Source: a virus (taxonomy: Duplodnaviria; Caudoviricetes). Taken from it: DNA of 34,763 bases. Positions within the stretch are counted from its first letter, which is position 1. Every line of letters starts with the position of its first letter. The stretch spans positions 1 through 34,763 of IMG/VR virus record IMGVR_UViG_3300049172_000065, one strand, 5' to 3'. Below, piece by piece: positions 23,974 through 33,112 of this stretch. Made by a program: the position numbers and the translations under genes. The notes beneath the pieces are model-generated. The model was not told the origin of the DNA, did not search any database, and saw only the letters and a program-made list of their open reading frames with translations.

Positions 23974-24957
23974 TCAGGGGTGCCACAGCGCGGACGCCTT
24001 GGTGATCGCCGAGCCGAAGCAGTTGGCGAACTGGCCGGGCGTGGAATGGCCGCCGCCGATCGCGAACGAACCAGCCGCAGGATTCCATGCGGTGTAGCAC
24101 TTCAGCACCTTGGACTTGATCCACCCGGTGTACTCCTCGCGGCGCGCGATGTCTCCGGTAGTCGCGGGGTAGACATTCGGGTACCAGGACTCGTACTCCG
24201 CGGCAAGGGCGGGGTCGCGCGGGGGGCCCCAGTACAGCTTGGACGCGAAGAACATCGCGTTGGTCAGCAGCCCGGACAGGACCGGGTCCCCGCCGGTGAA
24301 GGTGAACCCAGGGTTGTTGTAGACGGGCGTGCCCTTCAGGTTGCGCAGGGCGATGCCGCTGGCGGCGTGGTCGGGGTGCTTGTCGGTCGAGCTCATCGAC
24401 CACCACAGCGAGTTCGGGTACAGGTCCATGTAGCGGCGGATGATCTCATCGACCTTCGCCACCCCGTCAGGGTGCACCGGTGCGGTCGATGAGCCGGCGC
24501 CGTTGCTGCCGTAGGCCGTCCCGAGGTTCTCGTCGTGAGTGAACACTGCGCCGTGGTCGTCCGGCACGGTGGGCGCGATGCGCGCCATAGCACCCGCCGC
24601 CGACATTCCTTCGGCGAGCCGGGCGAGGCCGATCTGTTCGACGGTCGGGATCGGGTACTGCTCACGGGCGGGGTCGTGCTTGTAGCCGTGGTCGGCCCAG
24701 ATGCAGGCTGCTGTCGTGGACCCGCCGTCTAGCCGCAGGGACGCGGCTGTGACCTCACCTCTGGTCAGGAAGATCAGGTGGACGTCGTAGCCGCTGGCCA
24801 GGTAGTGGATGTAGGGCCACATGGACAGGATCTCGTCGTCCGGGTGGGGGACTAGGACCATCAGCCGCTTCACACGCCTGCCTTTCGTCGGGGTCGTGGG
24901 GAGCTTGAGCGCGAGGGGCAGCAACGAGAGAGCGAGGGCTTGGCGACGTGACCACAT
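23974..24957 (-). CDS. PIG-L/LmbE-family deacetylase with twin-arginine-like signal
   Basis: VPHPDDE, LTRGE, RLAE and DKHPDH motifs; N-terminal SRRQALALSLLPLAL. Confidence 0.88.
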   Translation of the reverse strand: MWSRRQALALSLLPLALKLPTTPTKGRRVKRLMVLVPHPDDEILSMWPYIHYLASGYDVHLIFLTRGEVTAASLRLDGGSTTAACIWADHGYKHDPAREQYPIPTVEQIGLARLAEGMSAAGAMARIAPTVPDDHGAVFTHDENLGTAYGSNGAGSSTAPVHPDGVAKVDEIIRRYMDLYPNSLWWSMSSTDKHPDHAASGIALRNLKGTPVYNNPGFTFTGGDPVLSGLLTNAMFFASKLYWGPPRDPALAAEYESWYPNVYPATTGDIARREEYTGWIKSKVLKCYTAWNPAAGSFAIGGGHSTPGQFANCFGSAITKASALWHP

Positions 24958-25032
24958 CCGGAGGCGCTCCCTCCGGACATGCGAAACGCCTCGCTGGTTA
25001 GGCGAGGCGTTCGGGTGTAGGCGGCTATGGGG

Positions 25033-25176
25033 TTAGTCGTCCAGGCAGTGCGCGTGGACTCGCGCGCCGTCGTCTGCGGTCACGTCTTCCCCAGTCAGTG
25101 GCTCAAGGCACACCGGGCAGAACGGCGTCCGGTCTACTGGGTGGCGGCCCTTGCGGGTGCGCGGGTCGTAGCTCAT
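25033..25176 (-). CDS. 47-aa Zn-finger protein (CPVC...HAHC)
   Basis: Translated by hand: MSYDPRTRKGRHPVDRTPFCPVCLEPLTGEDVTADDGARVHAHCLDD. Confidence 0.6.
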   Translation of the reverse strand: MSYDPRTRKGRHPVDRTPFCPVCLEPLTGEDVTADDGARVHAHCLDD

Positions 25177-25200
25177 GGCTTCCACTCTAGCCACAGATAG

Positions 25201-26862
25201 TCACCGTCCGCGACGCTGTGGGGTGGGCTTCGTCTTCCTCGCCGCAGCGATCGCCCGGTACATCGACCACGGCACCGAATCGAGATCGATGCTCACCGAG
25301 TGGGAGTCGGCGTCGTAGTCGGTGGACACGATCCGGCACAACGTCGACCCGTTGCGCGGGTTGTTGTTCAACGCATCCCGGGAAGGGTTGATGCCGACGA
25401 TGCGACACATGTAGCCCGGTTCGATCTCGTACGGCTGCACCCTGCGGCCCGTGTACAGGTCCACCACTTCACGAGACACGGTGATGTTGCCGCCGTTCTG
25501 CGGGAACCGGTGCTCGTCCAGCGCGGTCGCGTTCGCCACCAGCGCGTTCGAATGGTTGCTGGTTTCCTCGCCGAGGTCCTGGAAGAACCTGCGGGTGCGG
25601 TCGGCCGCGGTCATCTCCGGGATCGACTGGACCGTGGTCGTGAACCTCGCCAAGCCGGACGGGGTGCGCCACCTGGACACGGCCACGTTGTACTGGGCGA
25701 CCGGCTGAGCACCTGCCGAGTAGTTGTCGGTCCAAGTGATGAACTCGTACCGGACGTCGTTGGTGCGGGTCATCCACTTCAGTGTGTACTTGTCGGTCCC
25801 CGGATAGGACGGGCCCACAATGTAGGTGCATGACGGTTCGTACTTCATCAGCTCGTCGGCGACCTGCATCGGGGTCACGCCGTCAGGGAAGGCGAGCTGC
25901 TGGATGACATAGGCGGAACCGGTGGCGATCTGCGCATTGGGCCCATCGAACGTGGATGCCAGCATGTCACCGAGCATGTCTTCCCACACCTCGTATGCCC
26001 GTACACCGTCGGTGTAGCCGCCAGTCTTGTAGGTGCCGTCCTTCAGCTTCATCCGGGCCACGATCACCGGATCCAGGATCGATACCCACACTGTGTCCAG
26101 GGTGCCGGTGGAAGTGTTGGCCGCGCCGTCCCAGATGAGCTGCAGGTAGGCGACGTTCGCGCCGACCGGGATCCCGCCACCGACCACAGCGCCTGAGCCA
26201 CCGGCACCTGCCACTTGCAGGGGCTGGGAGCGGACCACTGTGGACGGTGGAGTGACAAGCAGCCGGACCAGCCATGAGACGGCGTTATGGCCACCGTCCC
26301 AGGAATAGTTGATGCGGCCGATCTGCTGGCCCGCTTCCCGGATCCGCCAGTACCCGGCGTTGACCCGGTCGTTCGGTTTCGCGGTGAGGTCGGTGGGGAG
26401 CCCCAGAGTCAGTGCGTCCTCACCGGACCCGCCGCGGTCCTCGCCCGCGTTGATGCTTCCGGCCGTCACCGTGTCTTGGTCCCGCCGGATCCAGGAGGTC
26501 ATTTCCCGATCGACGTAGATCCGGGCGCCGGCCCAGTCGTTGAGCCGTTCGACGCCGCCTTCTACGAGCACCTCGAGCAGTTCACCTGAGTCGCTGACGG
26601 ACCGGCCGGGGTGGGACACGTCGCCTTCGAAGACGGTGTCGCCGTTGAGCTTGTTGTAGATGTAGATCCGGGAGTAGGGCTGGATCATGTCGGAGCGGAA
26701 CCCGAGCCGCTGCGACACGGTGAACGACGCTGACCGGAAACCACCCGGGTCGGTCTTAGTGAACTTCACCCCGCCGTGAAGGTAGCCGGTGACCAAGCCG
26801 TCGTAGCGGGTGTTCTTCACTCGTACAGCGAGGGGGATGATGGAGGCGTTGAGAGCGGTCAT
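25201..26862 (-). CDS. Minor tail protein (baseplate hub/Tal-like)
   Basis: Position after Dit; PGGFRSASF N-terminus, IEPG C-terminal motif; beta-rich. Confidence 0.75.
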   Translation of the reverse strand: MTALNASIIPLAVRVKNTRYDGLVTGYLHGGVKFTKTDPGGFRSASFTVSQRLGFRSDMIQPYSRIYIYNKLNGDTVFEGDVSHPGRSVSDSGELLEVLVEGGVERLNDWAGARIYVDREMTSWIRRDQDTVTAGSINAGEDRGGSGEDALTLGLPTDLTAKPNDRVNAGYWRIREAGQQIGRINYSWDGGHNAVSWLVRLLVTPPSTVVRSQPLQVAGAGGSGAVVGGGIPVGANVAYLQLIWDGAANTSTGTLDTVWVSILDPVIVARMKLKDGTYKTGGYTDGVRAYEVWEDMLGDMLASTFDGPNAQIATGSAYVIQQLAFPDGVTPMQVADELMKYEPSCTYIVGPSYPGTDKYTLKWMTRTNDVRYEFITWTDNYSAGAQPVAQYNVAVSRWRTPSGLARFTTTVQSIPEMTAADRTRRFFQDLGEETSNHSNALVANATALDEHRFPQNGGNITVSREVVDLYTGRRVQPYEIEPGYMCRIVGINPSRDALNNNPRNGSTLCRIVSTDYDADSHSVSIDLDSVPWSMYRAIAAARKTKPTPQRRGR

Positions 26863-26874
26863 ACATCCCCCCGA

Positions 26875-27111
26875 TCAGAGCTTGTCGATCGTCTTCAGGG
26901 CGTCTTCGCGGGCCTCGACCAGAACGTCCGTGGCGATGCGTCGGATCGTGAACCACCACCATGCGGGCGTACTGATGATCGTCGGCCAGTTGGGCCACTG
27001 GTCGTCGGCGAAGTCGAGGCCAATGACAACCGTCCCGAGGATGGCCATCAGTAAGATGCCCAGCGTCATCGCCTGTCGGCGCGCATACGCCCACTTCTGC
27101 GGAGTCATCAT
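26875..27111 (-). CDS. Small membrane protein within the tail module
   Basis: LGILLMAILGTVVIGL span and Trp-rich second segment; ATGA overlap with Dit. Confidence 0.6.
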   Translation of the reverse strand: MMTPQKWAYARRQAMTLGILLMAILGTVVIGLDFADDQWPNWPTIISTPAWWWFTIRRIATDVLVEAREDALKTIDKL

Positions 27112-28508
27112 GGTCTGGTGAACTCTCGCCAGCGGGGCCAGTAGTAGGCGCGCAGGGTGGTGGTGTTCGTGATCCCGTCCACCGTCCCTGCAGGGTCGAC
27201 CTGCCGGATCATGTGGATCCGGTTCGTCTGGCCGGGGATCAACTCCGGGAACCCGCCACCTGCATGGATGCGGGCAGGTGTTGCTGTGGTGAGCACCTCG
27301 TCCAGGGCGGTGTTCATCGCGTACGCCGAACCGCCCTCGTCAGTGGTTCCGTCCAGGACGTAGGTGGTGTCTGTCGTCGGCCACTGCACGATCACCGTCG
27401 ACTCATCAGCAGGCACAAAGTACAGGCAGTCGAAGTCGAGGCTTCCCGACCCGGAGCTGCGGCCCGCATAGAACCCGACCCACGGCAGCACGACCTTCGT
27501 CGACACGCCACTGAACCCGTGCCGACCAGGGTCGGACCAGGCAGGTACCGGTACCTTCCCGAGGTTCACCCAGAACGGACCGGCAACCAGAGGGAGAGTG
27601 ACCGTGTCGTTCTCGACCGGGGCCACAGAGTCCACCCCGTACTTGAGCTGTGTCGTCCACACGTCAGCGGCAGTGGTCTTCGCTACCCGCGCATACACGA
27701 TGTACTCGCCGCGGGCCTCGACTGTCGACACACCGTTCGACGGGAAAGCGCTGTTTGCCCGGATCACGTGCGTCGCCGTACCGGGAGTGATCCGTAACTT
27801 CGACCCACCCGAGAACGCGGCGTCAGCAGTGACGACGGCGTTGGTGCCCAGCGTCATCGACTCCGCCTGCACCACGTTGCTGTACCCCGAAGGTGTGCCG
27901 CGCCGCCTTGTGGCGACATGTGACCACTTCGACCCCAGGCCGTTCGACGCCCCCGTAGAAGTAGCGATCAGGAACAGCGGGGTTTCCACATCACCCAGTA
28001 CGCCGGTGATGTCGATGTGCATCGGGTTCGAACCGGCGGCAGGGTTGTTGCTCAATGTGAACGGGGACCCGGTCACCTGGACCCGCGGCCCGTACGCGAA
28101 CGGCTCAGCTTCGATCTGCAACGTGATCTTCGCGTCGCTGACCAGCGTCTTCACGACATCGATCGAATACTCGGGGTTCGCGAAGGTCCGGAAGAACACC
28201 GGGTTCGACCCGTGCTGCACCTTCAGGATGTTGTCGACCCTGAGTTGGTGGCCGAGGTTCTGGATCACTGTGGCGGCAGCGTCGTTCGTTGCGCCCAGCA
28301 CCTGAAGCGGGATGACCAGGGTCAGGTTGGCCGCGGTCGAGCGAGTCGGTCTACGGCCGTGCCGCATTGGCCCGCCGGAATAGCCCTTCTCGTAAGAGGC
28401 CGGGTTGATCTTCCAACCATCACCGACCATGAGAGGCCTGGCGTTGATGTCGAGAAGCACCGATGGGGACGCGCTGGCCATGTCGGCCACGAACTGCCAC
28501 GTCGCCAT
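27108..28508 (-). CDS. Distal tail (Dit)-like protein with a probable carbohydrate-binding insertion
   Basis: Directly after the tape measure; AEPFAYG and LIPGQTN...W Dit hallmarks; internal QAESM...D..FSGG jelly-roll-like segment. Confidence 0.7.
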   Translation of the reverse strand: MATWQFVADMASASPSVLLDINARPLMVGDGWKINPASYEKGYSGGPMRHGRRPTRSTAANLTLVIPLQVLGATNDAAATVIQNLGHQLRVDNILKVQHGSNPVFFRTFANPEYSIDVVKTLVSDAKITLQIEAEPFAYGPRVQVTGSPFTLSNNPAAGSNPMHIDITGVLGDVETPLFLIATSTGASNGLGSKWSHVATRRRGTPSGYSNVVQAESMTLGTNAVVTADAAFSGGSKLRITPGTATHVIRANSAFPSNGVSTVEARGEYIVYARVAKTTAADVWTTQLKYGVDSVAPVENDTVTLPLVAGPFWVNLGKVPVPAWSDPGRHGFSGVSTKVVLPWVGFYAGRSSGSGSLDFDCLYFVPADESTVIVQWPTTDTTYVLDGTTDEGGSAYAMNTALDEVLTTATPARIHAGGGFPELIPGQTNRIHMIRQVDPAGTVDGITNTTTLRAYYWPRWREFTRP

Positions 28509-31501
28509 CAGTACCTCCTCAACGCTTCACGGGACAGGGACTCGTCGAGACGGGCGCCGTTCAGGGTGATCGGCCGGGCCCCGGCATCGCGGAGCAAACG
28601 ACGGTCCTCCTCGGACAGCCGAACCGTCATCTCGTCGCTCTCAGCGAAGACCCGTTCGGTCTTGCCGGACATGTTCACGCCGAGCGTGCCGGACTCCCAC
28701 CGCTTACCGCGGCCGGTGTCGAAGTTGTCGATGCCGAGCTCCCGAAGGAACTGCTTCCCCGCGAACGACTTGCCCCGCGGATCGAGAACATCGAACGCGG
28801 CGTCACCGACTTTCCCGCCGGCAGCGAACCCCCTCACGGAGGCGCGGTTCGTGAACAGGCCATCGCGCGCACCCCGGGCAGCCCGACCCATCACGACCCC
28901 ACGACCGCCGCGGGATTCGATGTTCACGCCGTTCACGGTCGCGGCGGTGTGGCCAGGGTTGCCCTTGAACCATCCGACCTCGAACGCGCCGGGACCGGAC
29001 CTGAACATCGACCACGGCATCGAACCGGTGGCCCCGATGCGGCTGTGCGGATTCCGGCCGAGCGCCGTGTTGATCGCGGCAGATACAAGACCTGAACAGT
29101 CGTACCCGCCCGGGCCGACACCGCCCCACGAATAGGGCTTGCCAACCTGCGACTTGACGAACGACAAAACCTTACCCAGGCCGGGGCTGACACCGAGCAG
29201 TTTCGCGAGGGCCCCGGCGAACGACTGGCCGATGTTCTTCGCGCCAGTGGCCACGTTATTCGCGAACAGCCCCTGGGTCCGGTCGCTCGGGATCTGCGGG
29301 CGGACACTGAGCCCAGGACGTCCGCCACGAGCGAACCCCCCATCGGGGATGATCGTCGCTGTCCCCTCATTGACCGACCGCATGGCGTAGTCGCCGTACT
29401 TCATTGACGACTTAGCCTTGATCACCCACTCCTTGCGGGACAAGGCATACAGGCCCGCCGTGTCTGACGTGGTAGTCCCGGGTCCGTCGACCGGCCCGCC
29501 GGGGCCACCGGATGCGCGGCGACCGGCAGAGGCCAGGCTCATCGTGTTCTTGTCGAACACCGGTTTGATGGTAATCGTCTGGTCATTGATGCCACCGAGT
29601 TTTCCGTTGACCGAGTCACGGAACTTGGCGAACTCAGTCGCAGCCGTCTTCAGCTTCGGCCCCAAACCAGGCACCCAGCCGAACGCCTTCGCAGCCCCTG
29701 AAACAACACTGCCGGCGAAGTCAAGCACCTTCATGACGACGAACCGCAGGGCCGTCTGGGCAGCGGACTTGATCGAGTCCCAATTGCGGGCGATGACGAG
29801 AACCGCCAGCCCGAACGGGCCCGTCAAAATCGCGAGGAGCAACGGCCAGTTCGCTTGCACCCAGTCGATCGCGGTGCGGACCGCGCCAACGACCGCATCG
29901 AACACCTCGACCGCTTCGTCCCTCACTGCGCCGAACACCGCGTTGACGATGTTCCGGAAAGTCTCGGACTTCTTGTAAGCGTAGATCAGGCCGGCGGCCA
30001 GCCCCACCAGGGCGAGGACTACGACACCGATCGGGTTGAGCGCCATCACCACGTTCAACGCAGCTTGCACCGCGGCGTAGGCCTTCGTCGCCGCAGCGAC
30101 GATCGCGAGCGTGAGGTGGTATGCCTTGAAGGCGACAACCATCGCAGCGACACCGACAGCGACCGCACCGACGACCGTCGAGTTTTCCTTCAGCCACTTA
30201 GTGAAGTCCGCGAGCACCGGGACCACCTGCACGCCGATGAACGCGGCGATTTCCTGCACGACGGGGAGCAGGAGCCGGAACACCTCGACAGCTTTCACGC
30301 CGACGTCCTCAGCCAGCGGGCGAAAGGCGATGATCAGGTTGGCGACGGCGGGGATGACGGTGCCGACGACGAAGCCACCGAACTCCTTCAGCCGCGGCAG
30401 CACCTCGGTCTTGAAGAAACCGAATGCCTGGCGCGCGGCGAAGCCCAGCCGCTCCATGAAACCAGGGAAGCCGGACGAGGTGACCTCGCCGTCGTTGTAC
30501 TTCCACGCGGCAGCGAACGCCTGGATACCGCCGGTGACCTCAGTGAAGACAGAGATCGCTGTCTCGCGGATCGTCAGCAGGAACCCGACGAACTTCGAGT
30601 CCTCTTCGACGTTGAACGCCTCACGAAACCCCGTCGTGAAGTCGCCCGTCTTGAACAGGTTGAACAGTTCACTGATCCCAGGGATCAGTCTGTCGGACGT
30701 GAATGACGCGAACTTCGACACCGCCGGCAGGAGGAACCCGCCGACCTCTTCGGCGAGGTTCCCCGACACCACCTTGAGGCGGGCGATCGGATCTGCTGCA
30801 GCAGCGGCGGCTCCGCCTACCTGCCCTTCGATCTCCTTCAGAATGATCTTCTGCGCGCCCAGCACATCCCCGGACTCAGTGAGCGTTTTGATCTGCGTCT
30901 TCTGCTGGGCGGTGAACGTGACGCCGGCCTTCGACAGCGCAGAGATCCCCTTCACCGGGTCGTTCAGTGCCTTACCCAGCTGCTTTGATGCGCCGTCGAT
31001 TCCGCCGAACTGGACCGACAAGTCAGCCGCAGCCTGTGTGGCACGGTTGAAGATGTCGTTGTTCTTGCCGGTCTCGTTGCGGATGTTCTTGAACGTGAGC
31101 AGCATGTTCGCCGCAGTCTGGACCTGCTCGTCGTCGATCGCGGTCTTGTTGCTGATCGCGGTCGCGAGGTCTCCGACTTGGCCGGCGGTGATGTTCGCTG
31201 CGCCGCCAGTGGTGCGGATCGCGTTCGCGGTGATCCGGGAAATCTTCGCGGACTCCTGAGCGTCTGCGATGAAAGACCCGAACACCTGCGCGCCCTTGAT
31301 GGCAGCGAACGCACCGATGAACAAGGCCGCGGAGTTCCTCGCAATCCCGCCGAACGCCCCGTTGAAACCGACACCGAACCGGCCCGCTACCTGCGAACCT
31401 TCCTTCTTGGTGTCGATGCTGTTCAGCTTCTTCTTCACCTCGGGACCGAACTTGTCCATGTCCGGAAGGACCCGCACGAAGACATCCGTGAGAGCGGTCA
31501 C
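28508..31501 (-). CDS. Tape measure protein with C-terminal NlpC/P60 peptidoglycan hydrolase domain
   Basis: 997 aa, Ala/Gly-rich helical; LGKALNDPVKGISAL; NPIG repeat; GKPYSWGG...YDCSGLVS...GHTA. Confidence 0.92.
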   Translation of the reverse strand: MTALTDVFVRVLPDMDKFGPEVKKKLNSIDTKKEGSQVAGRFGVGFNGAFGGIARNSAALFIGAFAAIKGAQVFGSFIADAQESAKISRITANAIRTTGGAANITAGQVGDLATAISNKTAIDDEQVQTAANMLLTFKNIRNETGKNNDIFNRATQAAADLSVQFGGIDGASKQLGKALNDPVKGISALSKAGVTFTAQQKTQIKTLTESGDVLGAQKIILKEIEGQVGGAAAAAADPIARLKVVSGNLAEEVGGFLLPAVSKFASFTSDRLIPGISELFNLFKTGDFTTGFREAFNVEEDSKFVGFLLTIRETAISVFTEVTGGIQAFAAAWKYNDGEVTSSGFPGFMERLGFAARQAFGFFKTEVLPRLKEFGGFVVGTVIPAVANLIIAFRPLAEDVGVKAVEVFRLLLPVVQEIAAFIGVQVVPVLADFTKWLKENSTVVGAVAVGVAAMVVAFKAYHLTLAIVAAATKAYAAVQAALNVVMALNPIGVVVLALVGLAAGLIYAYKKSETFRNIVNAVFGAVRDEAVEVFDAVVGAVRTAIDWVQANWPLLLAILTGPFGLAVLVIARNWDSIKSAAQTALRFVVMKVLDFAGSVVSGAAKAFGWVPGLGPKLKTAATEFAKFRDSVNGKLGGINDQTITIKPVFDKNTMSLASAGRRASGGPGGPVDGPGTTTSDTAGLYALSRKEWVIKAKSSMKYGDYAMRSVNEGTATIIPDGGFARGGRPGLSVRPQIPSDRTQGLFANNVATGAKNIGQSFAGALAKLLGVSPGLGKVLSFVKSQVGKPYSWGGVGPGGYDCSGLVSAAINTALGRNPHSRIGATGSMPWSMFRSGPGAFEVGWFKGNPGHTAATVNGVNIESRGGRGVVMGRAARGARDGLFTNRASVRGFAAGGKVGDAAFDVLDPRGKSFAGKQFLRELGIDNFDTGRGKRWESGTLGVNMSGKTERVFAESDEMTVRLSEEDRRLLRDAGARPITLNGARLDESLSREALRRY

Positions 31502-31850
31502 GGTCCCACCCCCAATGCGGCGAAGAGTTGCGCCTTCTCCCGGTCAACGGGAGGCGGCTCGGTGAACAGCCAGTCGTCGAACTTCTCGGTCATCTCGCCG
31601 GGAACGAGCTCGCCGCCACCAGAAATGACAGCGAGCTCGAGCGCCTGGAGCTGGTCTACCTGCAGCGAATAGACGACGTCGCACAGGTCAGCGAGCGTCA
31701 GCCCACCTGCTGCCGGTACACCGCCATCGCCAGATCCGGCCTGCCCTGTGACTTCAGGCGCTGCACCACCTCGAGCGAGGATGAATCTTCCACGGAGGTA
31801 GGCGCGGTTTGCTGCGGCCCAGCCGAGGAGTCGGAAGGCCGCGAAGTAGG
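31498..31850 (-). CDS. Tail assembly chaperone, -1 frameshift extension (gpGT-like C-terminal part)
   Basis: Open -1 frame with no suitable start: PYFAAFRLLGWAAANRAYLRG...LTLADLCDVVYS...FDDWL...LFAALGVGP; ends in GTGA overlap with the tape measure gene. Confidence 0.75.
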
Positions 31851-32156
31851 GCGCTCCGACAGGATCGCCATGACGTCCTTGATGACCTGCATCAACTCCT
31901 GGTCATCGGCGCGGGTCTTGTCGGCGTGATCCTCGAACCGGGCCCATTCGTCATCGGCGATGCACTGCCGCAGCAGGTCGTACATCGCAGCGAGACCATC
32001 CTCGTCGGACGAGTCGACGCCGGACTTGGCGATCTTCGCGAACCGCATCAGCGGCATCAGGCCGATCTTGGAAGCGACGGCGAACTCGGCACCCAGGAAC
32101 TCGACGCGTCGCACCTCCGCTTCCGGTGGTGTCTCCTGCACGACCTCGAGCGCCAT
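31698..32156 (-). CDS. Tail assembly chaperone
   Basis: Between major tail and tape measure; ERPTSRPSDSS tail. Confidence 0.8.
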   Translation of the reverse strand: MALEVVQETPPEAEVRRVEFLGAEFAVASKIGLMPLMRFAKIAKSGVDSSDEDGLAAMYDLLRQCIADDEWARFEDHADKTRADDQELMQVIKDVMAILSERPTSRPSDSSAGPQQTAPTSVEDSSSLEVVQRLKSQGRPDLAMAVYRQQVG

Positions 32157-32157
32157 G

Positions 32158-32751
32158 TCAGACCCCGAACCGCGCGGCACCAGCGGAGTAGACGGAGAAC
32201 ACGGCGCCGACCGGGGGGACCTCGAAGTTGAAGGTGCAGGGGATGCCCGCGAACGCCGGGGCCTTCTGGAACTCCATCGACACCTCGCCGCCCTGCAGCG
32301 TTTGGCGCATGACGATCCGGGTCGTGTTGTCGTAGGACTCCCAGCCGATCATGACCCTGACCTCAGCGCCAGGAGCGACCGGCTCGAACGTGCCGAGAGT
32401 GGTCGCGGTAGTACCGGACGTCGGAGTGATCGCACCGACGCCGCCGTTGAAGGCGCGCTTCATGTTGTGCAGGGTCACGTTCGCGAGAGCGAACGCGATG
32501 TTCCCGGCGCGCTCCGTGGTGGCGTACTTGATCGGATCGAAGAACTCAGCGACCGACATCGCCTCGACCGACGTCGAGTAGTTGAACGTCGACCCTTCCT
32601 TCGTGGCGCCCAGCGACAGCCACGCGGCCGGCCAGGCGTCGGTGAAGACGGAACCGGCGACGGTGTTCGTCGGGTTGGCGGACAGCAATGGAGCTATGTA
32701 CAAATATCCGGGATCGGTGAGCAGGGTGGGGACAGCAGTTGAGCCTGGCAC
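32158..32751 (-). CDS. Major tail protein
   Basis: PGYLYIAP...WLSLGATKEGSTFNY; AGGAGG RBS; synteny. Confidence 0.85.
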   Translation of the reverse strand: MPGSTAVPTLLTDPGYLYIAPLLSANPTNTVAGSVFTDAWPAAWLSLGATKEGSTFNYSTSVEAMSVAEFFDPIKYATTERAGNIAFALANVTLHNMKRAFNGGVGAITPTSGTTATTLGTFEPVAPGAEVRVMIGWESYDNTTRIVMRQTLQGGEVSMEFQKAPAFAGIPCTFNFEVPPVGAVFSVYSAGAARFGV

Positions 32752-32791
32752 GTGACGGCCCTCCTAAGGGCATCGTGGGTTGGGAGAGCCG

Positions 32792-33112
32792 CTAGCTGCG
32801 GCGGTTGTTGATCTCGTCCGCTGCGGGACGGAGGTGTGGTTGAGCGGGTGTGTCCTCGGTGCCGAGCTCGATGAGAGCGCCATACCAGGCGGTCTTCTTG
32901 CTCCAGCCGACGTGGTATTCGACGAGGCCGGTCTGCTTGTCGTAGACGTTCTCGACCTGGATGCCCCGCTTCAAAGCGCCCGTGTCTCGGGGCGCTTTCC
33001 GGCGGGCGATGTTCCGGACCTCGGCGGCGACAGCTCGGATCTGCTTCTTCACCGAAGGGGCCTGAGACACGGCGGCCAGCACCTCGGGGCGGAACTGGCC
33101 GATGCGCATCAC
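32792..33112 (-). CDS. HK97 gp10-like tail completion protein
   Basis: ARRKAPRDTGALKRGI...YGALIELGT...AQPHLRPA. Confidence 0.85.
   Translation of the reverse strand: MMRIGQFRPEVLAAVSQAPSVKKQIRAVAAEVRNIARRKAPRDTGALKRGIQVENVYDKQTGLVEYHVGWSKKTAWYGALIELGTEDTPAQPHLRPAADEINNRRS

Noticed and set aside
22067-31259. Long plus-strand ORFs (e.g. 22067-23182, 22593-23861, 28017-29135, 30111-31259)
   Set aside because: Antisense shadows of GC3-rich minus-strand genes, with no motifs or RBS support.
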